NCBI GenBank assembly: GCA_963841915.1
Contig: CAWJEN010000005.1
Location: forward strand, 1,024,001 to 1,088,000
DNA: 64,000 nt
Source: an uncultured Planctomycetota bacterium
Lineage (GTDB): Bacteria > Planctomycetota > Phycisphaerae > Tepidisphaerales > Tepidisphaeraceae
Direction: 5' to 3'
The position numbers and the translations under genes were made by a program. Below are positions 29,677 through 40,602 of this stretch, piece after piece; position 1 is the first letter of the stretch; every line of letters begins with the position of its first letter. The notes beneath the pieces were generated by a model. It worked only from the letters and a program-made list of their open reading frames with translations. It was not told the DNA's origin and ran no database searches.

Positions 29677-30624
29677 TCAGGCGATCGGGCCGACGTCGCG
29701 GCTGGAATCGCGCGACTGCTGTTGCTGCCGCTCTCGCTTAAGCGTGTCCATCTCCTTCCGCAAGACCTCGATCTGTTCGCTGAGTTGACGGACGGCTTTG
29801 AGCGTCTCGGTGAGCTCCGCCTGAACCGCCCGCATTTGTTCCTGCGCCTGCCCTTGCGCCGCCTTCCGCTCTTCAAGAAACGCCTCTGCGGTCACGACCT
29901 GGCCCTTCGCCTTAGCGACCTGGTCCTTTGCCGCCTCGATCTGGTACGTGATCCTTTTGCGCGCCTCGGACGGGTCGGATGGTTGTGCTTTTGACCAGCT
30001 TTCAATGAGTTCGGTCACGGTGCCGAGCTGGTCCGCCTCACCGGTGACGAAAACCGCCCTTGCACCAGGATTGATTTTAACCGAAGGCGGTTCGCTGTCG
30101 CTGCCCATGGTCTCGGCGGCCATGTCCAGCAGACTCGCCAGGCTGGCGGCGGAATCGCCGTCATGGAGGCCCGGCACCACGCGAGCGAACACCCGTCGCG
30201 GCGGCTGCGACGCGTTCCAATCTTTCAGCATCAGCGCCCGAACCTTGATGATCGGCACGCTCACCATCGGAGGCTTTTCGATGATGAGCTTCGCCTCGCC
30301 GTCGCCGATCGTCTCTCCGTTGAGCAGCCAAAGGACTTCGGCGGCCGGAAGGCCACGCAGCTTCAACGCCGGAACCTTTAACGCCCCCGCCTCAGGCGTC
30401 ATCAGCAACGTCTGGAACTTGGGGTCCTTCGTCTCGAGTTCCTCGATGAGCTCATCCAGCGAGCCGCCTTCGAAGTTCAGCGACTCGATGATGTACTGCC
30501 GCCCCTGCTCGACAACCGGGGCCGGTGCAGACTGCGGCGTCTGGGCGAACGTGCTCGTCGCCAGTCCGCAGGCGGCGGCAATTGAAAAGAGTGTCGGCAG
30601 CTTGATGAGTTGCTTGTGCGTCAT
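29677..30624 (-). CDS. Secreted protein with secretin-N/NolW-like segments and a C-terminal coiled coil
   Basis: Signal peptide; SLNFEGGSLDELIEEL; VKINPGARAVFVTG...LGTVTELIE; heptad-rich tail. Confidence 0.55.
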   Translation of the reverse strand: MTHKQLIKLPTLFSIAAACGLATSTFAQTPQSAPAPVVEQGRQYIIESLNFEGGSLDELIEELETKDPKFQTLLMTPEAGALKVPALKLRGLPAAEVLWLLNGETIGDGEAKLIIEKPPMVSVPIIKVRALMLKDWNASQPPRRVFARVVPGLHDGDSAASLASLLDMAAETMGSDSEPPSVKINPGARAVFVTGEADQLGTVTELIESWSKAQPSDPSEARKRITYQIEAAKDQVAKAKGQVVTAEAFLEERKAAQGQAQEQMRAVQAELTETLKAVRQLSEQIEVLRKEMDTLKRERQQQQSRDSSRDVGPIA

Positions 30625-30882
30625 GAGAGTGCTCCTGGCAGAGTTCGGGTCGTGGCGAAGCTCGCGTCTTCGTCTGACCTGCTAACGCCGGCCGACGGAG
30701 AGTTTCGCGTGATCGGCCGGATTTACTTCCACTATCTTCTGCTCTCGGTGGAAGAACGGTGCAGCAATCGGCTTGCATGTTGACCGACGTCCGATATGCT
30801 CGTCGCCACGGCGGACACGAGGTCCGTCGTTTCATCCGACCATTCCGCCCTCACGGGCACCCGCTACACGGAGGTAGCCGCC

Positions 30883-31680
30883 ATGGCCGCACACACGACA
30901 TTCGCTTTCTACTCCCTGGCCGCGACCGCGCTACTCGCGGTCGGATGTGCCGACGCGATCACGTTCACCAAGAGCGACCGCGCCCGCGCCCGCATCGCCT
31001 TGACCGATGGTGATCATGAAACGGCCTCGGAAGTCTTCCAGCGGCAGGTTCAGAACAACCCGCGTGACTACCGCGCTCACGTCCACCTCGGTCAGGCTCG
31101 TTTGGCCGCCGGTAACGAGACAGCCGCCCTGCGGAGCTTCCGCACGGCGCTCGACGTCCTGCCGCTGACGCCGATTGGTCGCACCGACACCGAGTACCGC
31201 CAGCTCATCATCAACGAGTACGCCCGCACGCTGGCCGACGTCGACACGGACGGCACGATGACCGACGAGCTCGATCGTCGGGCCAAGGGCGATGTGACGA
31301 TGAAGTTGCTCGTCGCCCGCACGCACGGCGAAGCAGGCCGCCCCGACGCGGCCATCGCCAGCTTCCAGGAAGCCCGTCGCCTGGATCGTGAAGATCAGAT
31401 CGTCGCCAAGCAGTACGGCCTGTACCTCGAAAGCATTCGCCAGGACGCCGCCGCTGAAGAGGTGCTGCGTCGGGCCTACGCCCTCGACTCGCGAGACACC
31501 GAAGTCGCCGCCGCGCTGCGTCGACTGGGCATTGTTCCCGGCCCGGCGATCCTGAGTCGCAACGACCTGGCCAAGCCCAAGATTCCGCTGGGCCCGCTGC
31601 CCGAGGTCAAGCTCCACGACCCTGACGGAGAAGCCGACGAAGGCCGGCCGATGTCAGCATTCGACGACGAACTGAATTAG
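30883..31680 (+). CDS. TPR-repeat lipoprotein
   Basis: Lipobox LAVGC, TPR-like helices; GGAGG RBS upstream. Confidence 0.75.
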   Translation: MAAHTTFAFYSLAATALLAVGCADAITFTKSDRARARIALTDGDHETASEVFQRQVQNNPRDYRAHVHLGQARLAAGNETAALRSFRTALDVLPLTPIGRTDTEYRQLIINEYARTLADVDTDGTMTDELDRRAKGDVTMKLLVARTHGEAGRPDAAIASFQEARRLDREDQIVAKQYGLYLESIRQDAAAEEVLRRAYALDSRDTEVAAALRRLGIVPGPAILSRNDLAKPKIPLGPLPEVKLHDPDGEADEGRPMSAFDDELN

Positions 31681-31698
31681 AAGCTCTCCGCACAGTCA

Positions 31699-31731
31699 AG
31701 GAAGCTGTCGCACTCGGTGCGACAGCTTCCT
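31699..31731 (+). terminator. Terminator-like hairpin
   Basis: 15-bp stem AGGAAGCTGTCGCAC-TCG-GTGCGACAGCTTCCT just after the stop. Confidence 0.7.
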
Positions 31732-31798
31732 CTGCATTGGGCCCAGGGCCTGGTCCTTTGACCGAAGCGCCACCGGTCGCCCGGTTCTACGCTCTGGC

Positions 31799-32623
31799 AT
31801 GACGGTCGCCCCGACAGAAACCTTTACCACGCCAGTGCTCGAGAGGGTGCGGCTGCGCGACCTCCGGGCGGCCAGTGAGCAGGGGCGACGCGTCGCGATG
31901 CTTACCTGCTACGACTACACGACAGCCGTCCACCTGCAGCAGGCAGGCGTCGAGATGCTCCTCGTCGGTGACACCGCAGGCAGCGTCATCCTCGGTCACG
32001 ATCGCACGACGGGTGTTGACCTGTCATTCCTGATCGAATTGACGGCAGCCGTGCGGCGCGGGGCACACAACAGCTTCGTCATGGCCGACATGCCGTTCGG
32101 CAGCTATCACGGCGATCGTGGCCGGGCGGTCGCCAACGTCTGCGACATGGTTCGCCGCACCGGCTGCGACGCGGTGAAGCTCGAGGTCACGCAACGACAG
32201 CTCCCGCTCGTGGAAGAACTCGCCGATGCGGGCGTTGCCGTTTGTGCACACATCGGCCTTCGTCCGCAAAGCGTGCAGACGGTCGGGTACGCCGTGCAAG
32301 CCAGGACCGACGAAGCCGCCGACGCGCTGGTCGACGACGCGACCAAGTTCGAGGCCGCCGGTGCTGCGATGCTGCTCATCGAGGCCGTTCCGCCCCTGGC
32401 GGCGACGCGAGCGGTCGAGGCTGTGAACATTCCGATCATCGGCTGCGGTGCGGGTGGATCACCGTTTGCTCACGTCGTGGTCCTGCACGATCTGCTCGGC
32501 CTGACGCCTCGCAAGCCCAAGTTCGTGCCTGAGCTGGGCCAGCCGTCGCTGCGACAGGCGGGCGAGTCGTGGGTGACGATGGTGCGTGACGGCTCGTACC
32601 CTTTGCCCGAGCACACGTACTAG
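31799..32623 (+). CDS. panB: 3-methyl-2-oxobutanoate hydroxymethyltransferase
   Basis: MLTCYDY, LLVGD, ADMPFGSY, AVKLE, HIGLRPQS, IGCGAG, VLHDLLG. Confidence 0.95.
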   Translation: MTVAPTETFTTPVLERVRLRDLRAASEQGRRVAMLTCYDYTTAVHLQQAGVEMLLVGDTAGSVILGHDRTTGVDLSFLIELTAAVRRGAHNSFVMADMPFGSYHGDRGRAVANVCDMVRRTGCDAVKLEVTQRQLPLVEELADAGVAVCAHIGLRPQSVQTVGYAVQARTDEAADALVDDATKFEAAGAAMLLIEAVPPLAATRAVEAVNIPIIGCGAGGSPFAHVVVLHDLLGLTPRKPKFVPELGQPSLRQAGESWVTMVRDGSYPLPEHTY

Positions 32624-32641
32624 CGACCGCCGGCCCGCCTG

Positions 32642-34132
<1,491 letters not shown>

Positions 34133-34174
34133 CTGTCGCGGGTGAAGCGTGCTCGGTGTCGATACCATGGGTTC

Positions 34175-34780
34175 GTGAGCGCCACCCCACCACCCGCCGC
34201 CGATGCCCGCGACGCGTCTGACCGTGTCCGGGTGTTGGTGGTCGACGACGACGAGATGTTCCGTACACGTCTGTGTCGAGCCCTGGCCAACCGCGGGCTC
34301 GAGCCGATCGCCGCCGCCAACGCCGACGAGGGCGAACAGCAGGCCCGCCAGCATCGTCCAGACTGGGCGACGATCGACCTGCGCATGCCCGGTCGCGGCG
34401 GGCTCGAGCTCGTTCGCTCGCTCCACAAGTTCGACGGCAACATGCAGATCGTCGTCCTCACGGGCTACGGCACCATTGCGACGGCCGTCGAGGCGGTGCG
34501 GCTTGGTGCAGCTGACTATCTGACGAAGCCGGTCGACGCCGACCAGATTCTGGCGGCCTTCGAGGTCGCCGAGGCCAAAGCCGCGGATCGCCCGCTGCCG
34601 GAGATGCCGCGGATCAAGGCCGCCGAGGCGCAGACGCCGTCACTGGCGCGGGTCGAGTGGGACTACATCCACCGCGTGCTGGCCGACTGCGGCAACAACA
34701 TCTCCCAAGCCGCCCGCAAACTCGGCATCCACCGCCGCAGCCTTCAACGCAAGCTGCAGAAGCTGCCGCCGTTGGAGTGA
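34175..34780 (+). CDS. regA: RegA/PrrA/ActR-type response regulator
   Basis: Receiver domain (VVDDD, DLRMP, LTGYG.IATAVEA, YLTKP) plus SLARVEWDYIHRVL..C..NIS.AAR.LG.HRRSLQRKL. Confidence 0.88.
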   Translation: MSATPPPAADARDASDRVRVLVVDDDEMFRTRLCRALANRGLEPIAAANADEGEQQARQHRPDWATIDLRMPGRGGLELVRSLHKFDGNMQIVVLTGYGTIATAVEAVRLGAADYLTKPVDADQILAAFEVAEAKAADRPLPEMPRIKAAEAQTPSLARVEWDYIHRVLADCGNNISQAARKLGIHRRSLQRKLQKLPPLE

Positions 34781-34986
34781 CGGCAGTCGTCATTCAATTG
34801 TAAAAGCCGCTTGATCTGAGGCAAAGCGTCAAGTTCTGGTGCGTCATGGTTAAAACCGCCGTCTTCGGCGGGCAAACCGTGTCCGGACGCTCGTCCTGCC
34901 AACCGCGCCGCCGACACGGTTTGCCCCGCGTCAGACCGCGGTTCAAACCGTGGCACCGTGGCTAGATCGCGACATCGACTGACGCC

Positions 34987-36279
34987 TCACGCCAGGGGCA
35001 GATCGAGGGTCGCCGTCGTGCCGACGCCGGGGGCGGAGTCGAGATCGAATCGGCCGCCGTTGTGTTCGGCGACGAGGCGGACGAGGAACAGCCCCAGCCC
35101 CATGCCGCGACCGGGGTCTTTGGTTGTGTAGAACGGCTCGATCGCCCGGCGGAGCGTTGCGTCGTCCATGCCCGGCCCGCGGTCGACCACGGTGAAGGTC
35201 ACGAACTTTTTGCCGCGTGTGACGTCGAGCGACACACGCCGCCGATCGGCCGGCAACTCGGACGCGGCATCGATGGCGTCAAATGCGTTGTTCACCAGCA
35301 AGTCCAACGCCTGATGCACCGCGCGATCCGCAGCGGCAATCGGTGGCAACGTTGCCTGCAGCTTCAGGTCCAGCCGGTGACGGCGGTCCGGCGCCAGCCG
35401 CTTGCGGATCGTTTCTGCCGCCTCGTCGGGCCGAGCGGTGCCACGTTCGTCGGTCGTGCGACCGGCCACGTCGCCGCGAAGCCGCTCGAGAATGTCTCGG
35501 CAGCGGTCGACCTGTTGGCGGACGAGTGAGGCGTCTTCTGCCACGTCGGGCGCTTCGAGCTTCGTCGCCGCCAGCTCCATCTCCTTGGCGACGACGGCAA
35601 TGGTCGCCAGCGGCGTACCGAGTTCGTGGGCGGCACCGGCGGCGAGCGTGGTCAACGCGGCGAGTCGTTCGCTGACCTGCGCCTGCTCCCGCGTGGCGGC
35701 CAGTTCTTTGTCGCGGGCGGCGAGCGCGCCGACGACGCGGGTGACGAAGTAGGCGATGAGGGCGACGACCAGCAAGAGCGCCGCCGCCCGACCGAAGGCA
35801 AGTGTGCCGGACGTGATGTTGCCGTCGGGGTCGAGGGGCCAGTGCTCGTAGGCGATCGCGCCGTAGCAGGCGGCTACGACACCGACGATGGCCCACGTCC
35901 ACCAGTTGCCCAGCACGCTGGCAGCGAGTGCGACGTGCAGGACGTAGAGGATGGCAAAGGGGTTGTCGCTGCCGCCCGTGACGTAGAGCATCACGGTGAG
36001 CAGGACGATGTCGAGGACGACGACACCCGCCGCCGCGGCCGTGCCTCGGCGCTTCATCCAGGCGGCCACGGGTCGCCAAGTGAGCATTGCGTTCGTTGCG
36101 AGGGTGATCGCGATGACACCGACGAGCGGGACCCAGGTGTAGGCGATGCCGAGCCCGAGTGCGGCGGCGACGATCGTGACGAGCTGCCCCGTCGCCGCCA
36201 GCCACCGCAAGCGGACGAGCCACAGCAGCACGATGCCGTCGTTCATCGGGCCAACGGCAGGGGCGGGCGTCTCGGTCAC
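34987..36279 (-). CDS. regB: RegB/PrrB/ActS-type sensor histidine kinase
   Basis: LVRLRWLA, quinone-binding GGSDNPF, H-box AAHELGTPL, RCRDIL cysteine, G-box GMGLGLF. Confidence 0.88.
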   Translation of the reverse strand: MTETPAPAVGPMNDGIVLLWLVRLRWLAATGQLVTIVAAALGLGIAYTWVPLVGVIAITLATNAMLTWRPVAAWMKRRGTAAAAGVVVLDIVLLTVMLYVTGGSDNPFAILYVLHVALAASVLGNWWTWAIVGVVAACYGAIAYEHWPLDPDGNITSGTLAFGRAAALLLVVALIAYFVTRVVGALAARDKELAATREQAQVSERLAALTTLAAGAAHELGTPLATIAVVAKEMELAATKLEAPDVAEDASLVRQQVDRCRDILERLRGDVAGRTTDERGTARPDEAAETIRKRLAPDRRHRLDLKLQATLPPIAAADRAVHQALDLLVNNAFDAIDAASELPADRRRVSLDVTRGKKFVTFTVVDRGPGMDDATLRRAIEPFYTTKDPGRGMGLGLFLVRLVAEHNGGRFDLDSAPGVGTTATLDLPLA

Positions 36280-36442
36280 GCCAGCAGTGTTGCAAGGCGG
36301 CCGCGGCGGCGCACGCGCAGCGGCCGCTTTCTGGCGACGACCCCACCCGCCGCCGCATCGCACTGGCGACGCGGTACGACGACGGCCACGTTCGCATCAT
36401 GCCTGACTGGCGACGACCCGCCGACGCAGGTGCGGAGCAAAA

Positions 36443-36458
36443 TGTTCCACGTGGAACA
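36443..36458. promoter_or_regulatory. parS centromere-like site
   Basis: TGTTCCACGTGGAACA, a perfect palindrome matching the bacterial parS consensus. Confidence 0.9.
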
Positions 36459-36509
36459 TTTCCCGGCGTCTGCCAACCCCGCTGGCGACCGGCAAAACGT
36501 GTCGGCCGA

Positions 36510-36525
36510 TGTTCCACGTGGAACA
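36510..36525. promoter_or_regulatory. parS centromere-like site, second copy
   Basis: Identical TGTTCCACGTGGAACA 67 bp downstream of the first. Confidence 0.9.
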
Positions 36526-36602
36526 TCGGCTGTAACCAAGCCCGCCAAACCCCCGGCGGCCGCCGCGGCGCACCAAAAAAAGCTTCAATTGAAAAAACAG
36601 CT

Positions 36603-37484
36603 TCAATCGGCCGTCTGCTCCTGTACTTCAGCCGCCCGGACGGTGTTGGCCAGCAGCATCGCGACGGTCATCGGCCCGACGCCGCCGGGCACGGGAGTGA
36701 TGAAGCCGGCGATCGGGCGAACGCGGTCGAAGTCGACGTCGCCGACCGTCGAGCGTTTGCCGTCGAGGCTTGTAACGCGGTTGATGCCGATGTCGATGAC
36801 GCATGCGCCGGGCTTGACGTGATCGGGCCCGATGAGGTTGGGCCTGCCGACGGCAACGACGAGCACGTCGGCCCGCTTCGTGTGGCTCGTCAGGTCGACC
36901 GTCTCCTTCTGACACACGGTCACGGTCGCCTTGCGTTGCGTCAGCAGCAGGGCAACGGGTTTCCCCGCGATTTCACTGGCACCGACGACGCAGGCTTCTG
37001 CGCCTTCGAGCTGCAGGCCGGTCGACTCGATGAGTTCGATGGCCGCCCGTGCGGTGCAGGGGGCGATGAGCGTTCTGCCGTAGACGACGCGTCCGATGTT
37101 GGCCGGCCCGACGCCTTCGACGTCTTTCTCGCTGGCAATGAGCCCCTGGAGCGGCGTCGGATCGATGCCGCCGGGCAAGGGCAGGTGAAGCATGATACCG
37201 GTGACGCCCGGGTTGTTGTTGAGCCGGACGATCTCAATGGCGATCCGATCGGCCGACGCGTCGACGGGTAGGCGACGCAGGTCGTACTCGATGCCGACGT
37301 CACGGCAGGACTGAGCCTGTCGCTCTGCGTAGACGGCTGCGCCGCCCGGGTCACCGCAGAGGATGGCCGCGAGCTTGACCGCCTTGCCGTTGGTAGCCAG
37401 TCGTGCAACGCGGTTGGCAGTCCTGGCTCGCGAGTCGTCGGCCAGCCGCTTGCCGTCGATGATGTTCGCACCTGACTGGGCCAT
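36603..37484 (-). CDS. folD: Methylene-THF dehydrogenase/methenyl-THF cyclohydrolase
   Basis: IIDGK, KDVEG, PCT, G.S.I.GKP, IDIGINR, GDVDF, ITPVPGGVGPMTVAML. Confidence 0.95.
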   Translation of the reverse strand: MAQSGANIIDGKRLADDSRARTANRVARLATNGKAVKLAAILCGDPGGAAVYAERQAQSCRDVGIEYDLRRLPVDASADRIAIEIVRLNNNPGVTGIMLHLPLPGGIDPTPLQGLIASEKDVEGVGPANIGRVVYGRTLIAPCTARAAIELIESTGLQLEGAEACVVGASEIAGKPVALLLTQRKATVTVCQKETVDLTSHTKRADVLVVAVGRPNLIGPDHVKPGACVIDIGINRVTSLDGKRSTVGDVDFDRVRPIAGFITPVPGGVGPMTVAMLLANTVRAAEVQEQTAD

Positions 37485-37508
37485 GCGCGGGCAGTCTAGA
37501 CGGCAAGC

Positions 37509-38771
37509 CTAGTGCTGCGCCTCGCGTGGCGGCATGTGAGCTCGTTGCAGCACGCTGACGCTTCTCCGAAACCTCTTTGTCTCCTGAAGTGGCTGCTCTA
37601 CGTCACACAGAAAGTCGACAGGCCTGCGTCGCCACCAGCGGTAGGGCTTGCCCCGTCGGTCGCAGCGGACACGCACCCCGCCCGGCCAATGTTGGACACG
37701 GACCGTCTGAACCTCGTCCCAAGGCACCACGTCGGGCAAAGGCACGCCCAGCAGTGACTGGCCGATACCTTTATTCGTGATGTGCAATCGGCCCTGACCG
37801 GCGGGCGCGGTGGCGACGTCGCCGAGCCGTTGTGCCTTCTCCCGGGCGGCCTCGCCGACGAGTGACAGCCGCATGAACAACCAGACCAAGCCACCGGCGA
37901 AGGCCATGACGATGCTCGCGACAGCCGCAACGCTGTACCCGGGCGGCAGGTTTCGCCACGCCCACAGCACCGCCATCATCGGCGCGAGCACCAGCGTCGC
38001 CCCTAGCAGGCCACCGCCCAGACTGGCAGCCGACACCAGGAGCAGCGACTTGAGCACGCCACCGCGACTGCTGCCGCCTGCCGTCGGGCCACGTCTTCCG
38101 TAGATCAGCAGGTCATCCTTTGCCCAGGCCCAGCCGCACTCAGGGCAGACGCGACCCGGCACGCCTCGAAGCACATAACCGCAGTCACCGCAGTGCGTGA
38201 TCGTGTCGATGCGGCTGAAGCTTGGGTTGGCAGCCCCGGTCGGCAGCACGTCTCGCCCAGCCCGCATGTCTTCGTACAACGGGCGCATGACCCGCCGGAA
38301 GAGGACAGCCGTCAGCACGTTCGGCGGCGTCGCAGAAAGCGGCCGACCCAGCACGACCAGCGTCCGCGGCGGGCGAACGCGGTGCATCAGCTTCAGCTGT
38401 CCGGTTCCGCTGACCGAGTCGAAGCGCAGAAACGGATGGTCATCGTAGTCGCGACGCTTGGTCGAAGGCGGCGTCTTCTTTTGCCACCGCCTTAGCCAGT
38501 AGAGGTTCCGCCGACACCAACTGCTCTCACCGAGCAGCATCGCCCCGAGCCACCTTCTGCGCGGCAGCACGAGAGCGGCCAGAATCGTCAGGAACAGGAA
38601 CACGCTCGATGCACCCACGAGCGCGCGGACGAATGTGCTGTCGGTAAGAACGAACCACAGCACGTTGAACGCGAGGCTCAACGTCGCGACCAGCATGCCG
38701 ATCAGCTTTTGCCGTCGTGACGGTTCGTCGGCTACCAGAATGACGTCTTCCTGAGCAGCCGCGTCGCTCAT
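37509..38771 (-). CDS. Hypothetical membrane protein with central zinc ribbon
   Basis: Four TM segments; HCGDCGYVLRG....CPECG; paralogous to the adjacent gene. Confidence 0.7.
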   Translation of the reverse strand: MSDAAAQEDVILVADEPSRRQKLIGMLVATLSLAFNVLWFVLTDSTFVRALVGASSVFLFLTILAALVLPRRRWLGAMLLGESSWCRRNLYWLRRWQKKTPPSTKRRDYDDHPFLRFDSVSGTGQLKLMHRVRPPRTLVVLGRPLSATPPNVLTAVLFRRVMRPLYEDMRAGRDVLPTGAANPSFSRIDTITHCGDCGYVLRGVPGRVCPECGWAWAKDDLLIYGRRGPTAGGSSRGGVLKSLLLVSAASLGGGLLGATLVLAPMMAVLWAWRNLPPGYSVAAVASIVMAFAGGLVWLFMRLSLVGEAAREKAQRLGDVATAPAGQGRLHITNKGIGQSLLGVPLPDVVPWDEVQTVRVQHWPGGVRVRCDRRGKPYRWWRRRPVDFLCDVEQPLQETKRFRRSVSVLQRAHMPPREAQH

Positions 38772-40015
38772 GCCGGCACGCTACGACCGTCGCCTTCGTC
38801 TGCCGGATGGTTCCACGTGACACGGTTGAGCGATCGAACCCGCTGACGCAGATCACGCACCTCCTCACCAGGCTGGTTCAGGTCGCAGATGAAGTCGACG
38901 GGTCGCCTGCGTCCCGGCCACCGCCAGCTGCCATGCCAGTCGGCCCGCACCCGCACGCCGCCCGGCCAGCGTTGGATGCGAATTCGGTCGAAGGCGTTCC
39001 ACGATTCGATGCGGATGCCGTTTTGACCAAGGTTGCCTTGCGCGATCCCGTCGCGATTGAGCAGGAGCCATTCACGTCCGGCCGGAACGAGCGAGGCTTC
39101 TGCCAGCCGATCTTCGCGCTCCCGCTCCGACTCGCTGCCGCTGACAAGCTTCCACACGAACAGCATCGCCAAGAAGCCAATGACGAGCACCGGGATCGCC
39201 GCCGATGACAACCGTGCAATCGGCCTGAGCCCGCCAAAAACGACGATGAACACGGCAATAGTGACCGTCACGCCTTTCAGGTCGGCAAAATTGAAGAAGT
39301 GCACCATCTTGCCCCGCATACCGGCTCGACGCGTGAAGAAGTGCCGCACCAGCGTCGGTCCTGGGCGACCGAATAGGACGATCCCGCCCTCACCGCAAGA
39401 CCAGCCGCATTCCGGGCACGTCGTCAGCCCTGCACTCGCTGGCGTCTCGGGGTGGTGCAGGAGGTAATGGCACTCAAGGCAGTGCGTGGGCGTCGCAGGT
39501 CGAGCAAAGGCTTCGGGATCTCTCGCTTCGGCAACGAGGTCCCGCAGTCGCTCGATGTCGCGGTGCAGTCTCGGCGAAAGGCTTCGATGCACGCTCGGCG
39601 CTTCGCCTTGCTTCCGATTCGTCTCGGTTCGCGACGTGACTGCCAGCTCCACACGCCTTCGGTAGGCGGCCCAAAGGGTTTGTACCGCCGGTTTCTCGTC
39701 ATAGGCCTTGAGCTTTGACGACCAGAAGTTCACCCGCAGCGAGTTGCCCCAGTAGCCCTCGCGCCCGAATCGGATTCGCGTCCAATCCCGGAACGGCCCA
39801 ATGTCGTAGAACAACCCCACGGCCGCGACGGCAGATAGGACAGCCGAGAGCAACAGCAACAGCTGAACGTACCATGCTGCTCCATTGACGTACGAGGCCA
39901 GCGTGATGAGGCCAAAGATGAATGCGAGTACGCCCAAGAGGATTGTGGAATGGACCCGCTCGACCGTCGACCTCGGGTCGGCTCTGAGCTCGATCTGGTC
40001 GACGTCCTCGCTCAC
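38768..40015 (-). CDS. Hypothetical membrane protein with central zinc ribbon (paralogue)
   Basis: Four TM segments; HCLECHYLL...CPECGW; shares WPGGVRVR and RRRPVDF.CD. Confidence 0.7.
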   Translation of the reverse strand: MSEDVDQIELRADPRSTVERVHSTILLGVLAFIFGLITLASYVNGAAWYVQLLLLLSAVLSAVAAVGLFYDIGPFRDWTRIRFGREGYWGNSLRVNFWSSKLKAYDEKPAVQTLWAAYRRRVELAVTSRTETNRKQGEAPSVHRSLSPRLHRDIERLRDLVAEARDPEAFARPATPTHCLECHYLLHHPETPASAGLTTCPECGWSCGEGGIVLFGRPGPTLVRHFFTRRAGMRGKMVHFFNFADLKGVTVTIAVFIVVFGGLRPIARLSSAAIPVLVIGFLAMLFVWKLVSGSESEREREDRLAEASLVPAGREWLLLNRDGIAQGNLGQNGIRIESWNAFDRIRIQRWPGGVRVRADWHGSWRWPGRRRPVDFICDLNQPGEEVRDLRQRVRSLNRVTWNHPADEGDGRSVPA

Positions 40016-40593
40016 GCCCGGTTCAACTCGTCTTTCAGCGTCTGCCAGAGCGTCTCAGGCATCTCCGGGACGATGCGGACGTTGCCGACGACACTCATGA
40101 AGTTCGTGTCGCCCGACCACCTCGGGACGATGTGCCGATGCAGATGCCCCGGCACGCCCGCGCCGGCGGCGGTACCGAGGTTGATGCCGACGTTGAAGCC
40201 TTGCGGGTTCATGACGTCGCGAAGGAGCCGAATCGCTTTCGTCGTCGCCTCATGCATCTCTATGGCTTCGTCGCGATCGAGCAGGTCGAGATCGGCCACG
40301 TGCCGTCGTGGGGCGATCATGACGTGGCCACTCGTATAGGGAAACCGGTTGATGACGCAGACGACCTTGTCGCTCTGCCAGACGACGAGGCGACGCTGAT
40401 GCGCCTGCTCCTGCGTCTCGCCGAGGTCGGTCACGGCTGTTTCAACGTTGCCTGCGGCACATAAGAAACACCCGCCGTACCGCTTGGCCAGCGGGTCGGT
40501 GAGTGAAGGATCCTTTTCGAGCGACTTGATGTACTCCATCCGCCACGGCGCGTGCAGCTGCGCGGGACGGTTCTGCTGGGCGTCGACAGGCAC
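40012..40593 (-). CDS. HIT-family hydrolase (Ap4A phosphorylase/hydrolase type)
   Basis: APWRMEYI, C.LC, NRFPYTSGH, GFNVGINLG.AAGAG...HLHRHIVPRW.GD.NFM. Confidence 0.9.
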   Translation of the reverse strand: MPVDAQQNRPAQLHAPWRMEYIKSLEKDPSLTDPLAKRYGGCFLCAAGNVETAVTDLGETQEQAHQRRLVVWQSDKVVCVINRFPYTSGHVMIAPRRHVADLDLLDRDEAIEMHEATTKAIRLLRDVMNPQGFNVGINLGTAAGAGVPGHLHRHIVPRWSGDTNFMSVVGNVRIVPEMPETLWQTLKDELNRA

Positions 40594-40602
40594 GCCCGGA
40601 GC

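Noticed and set aside
34865..34930. c-di-GMP-I riboswitch (GGCAAACC)
   Set aside because: The downstream conserved GGGACGCAAAGC-type elements are missing, and it lies between convergent 3' ends.
36280..36602. oriC itself
   Set aside because: No TTATCCACA DnaA-box cluster was seen and the AT-rich stretch is very short; only parS is supported.
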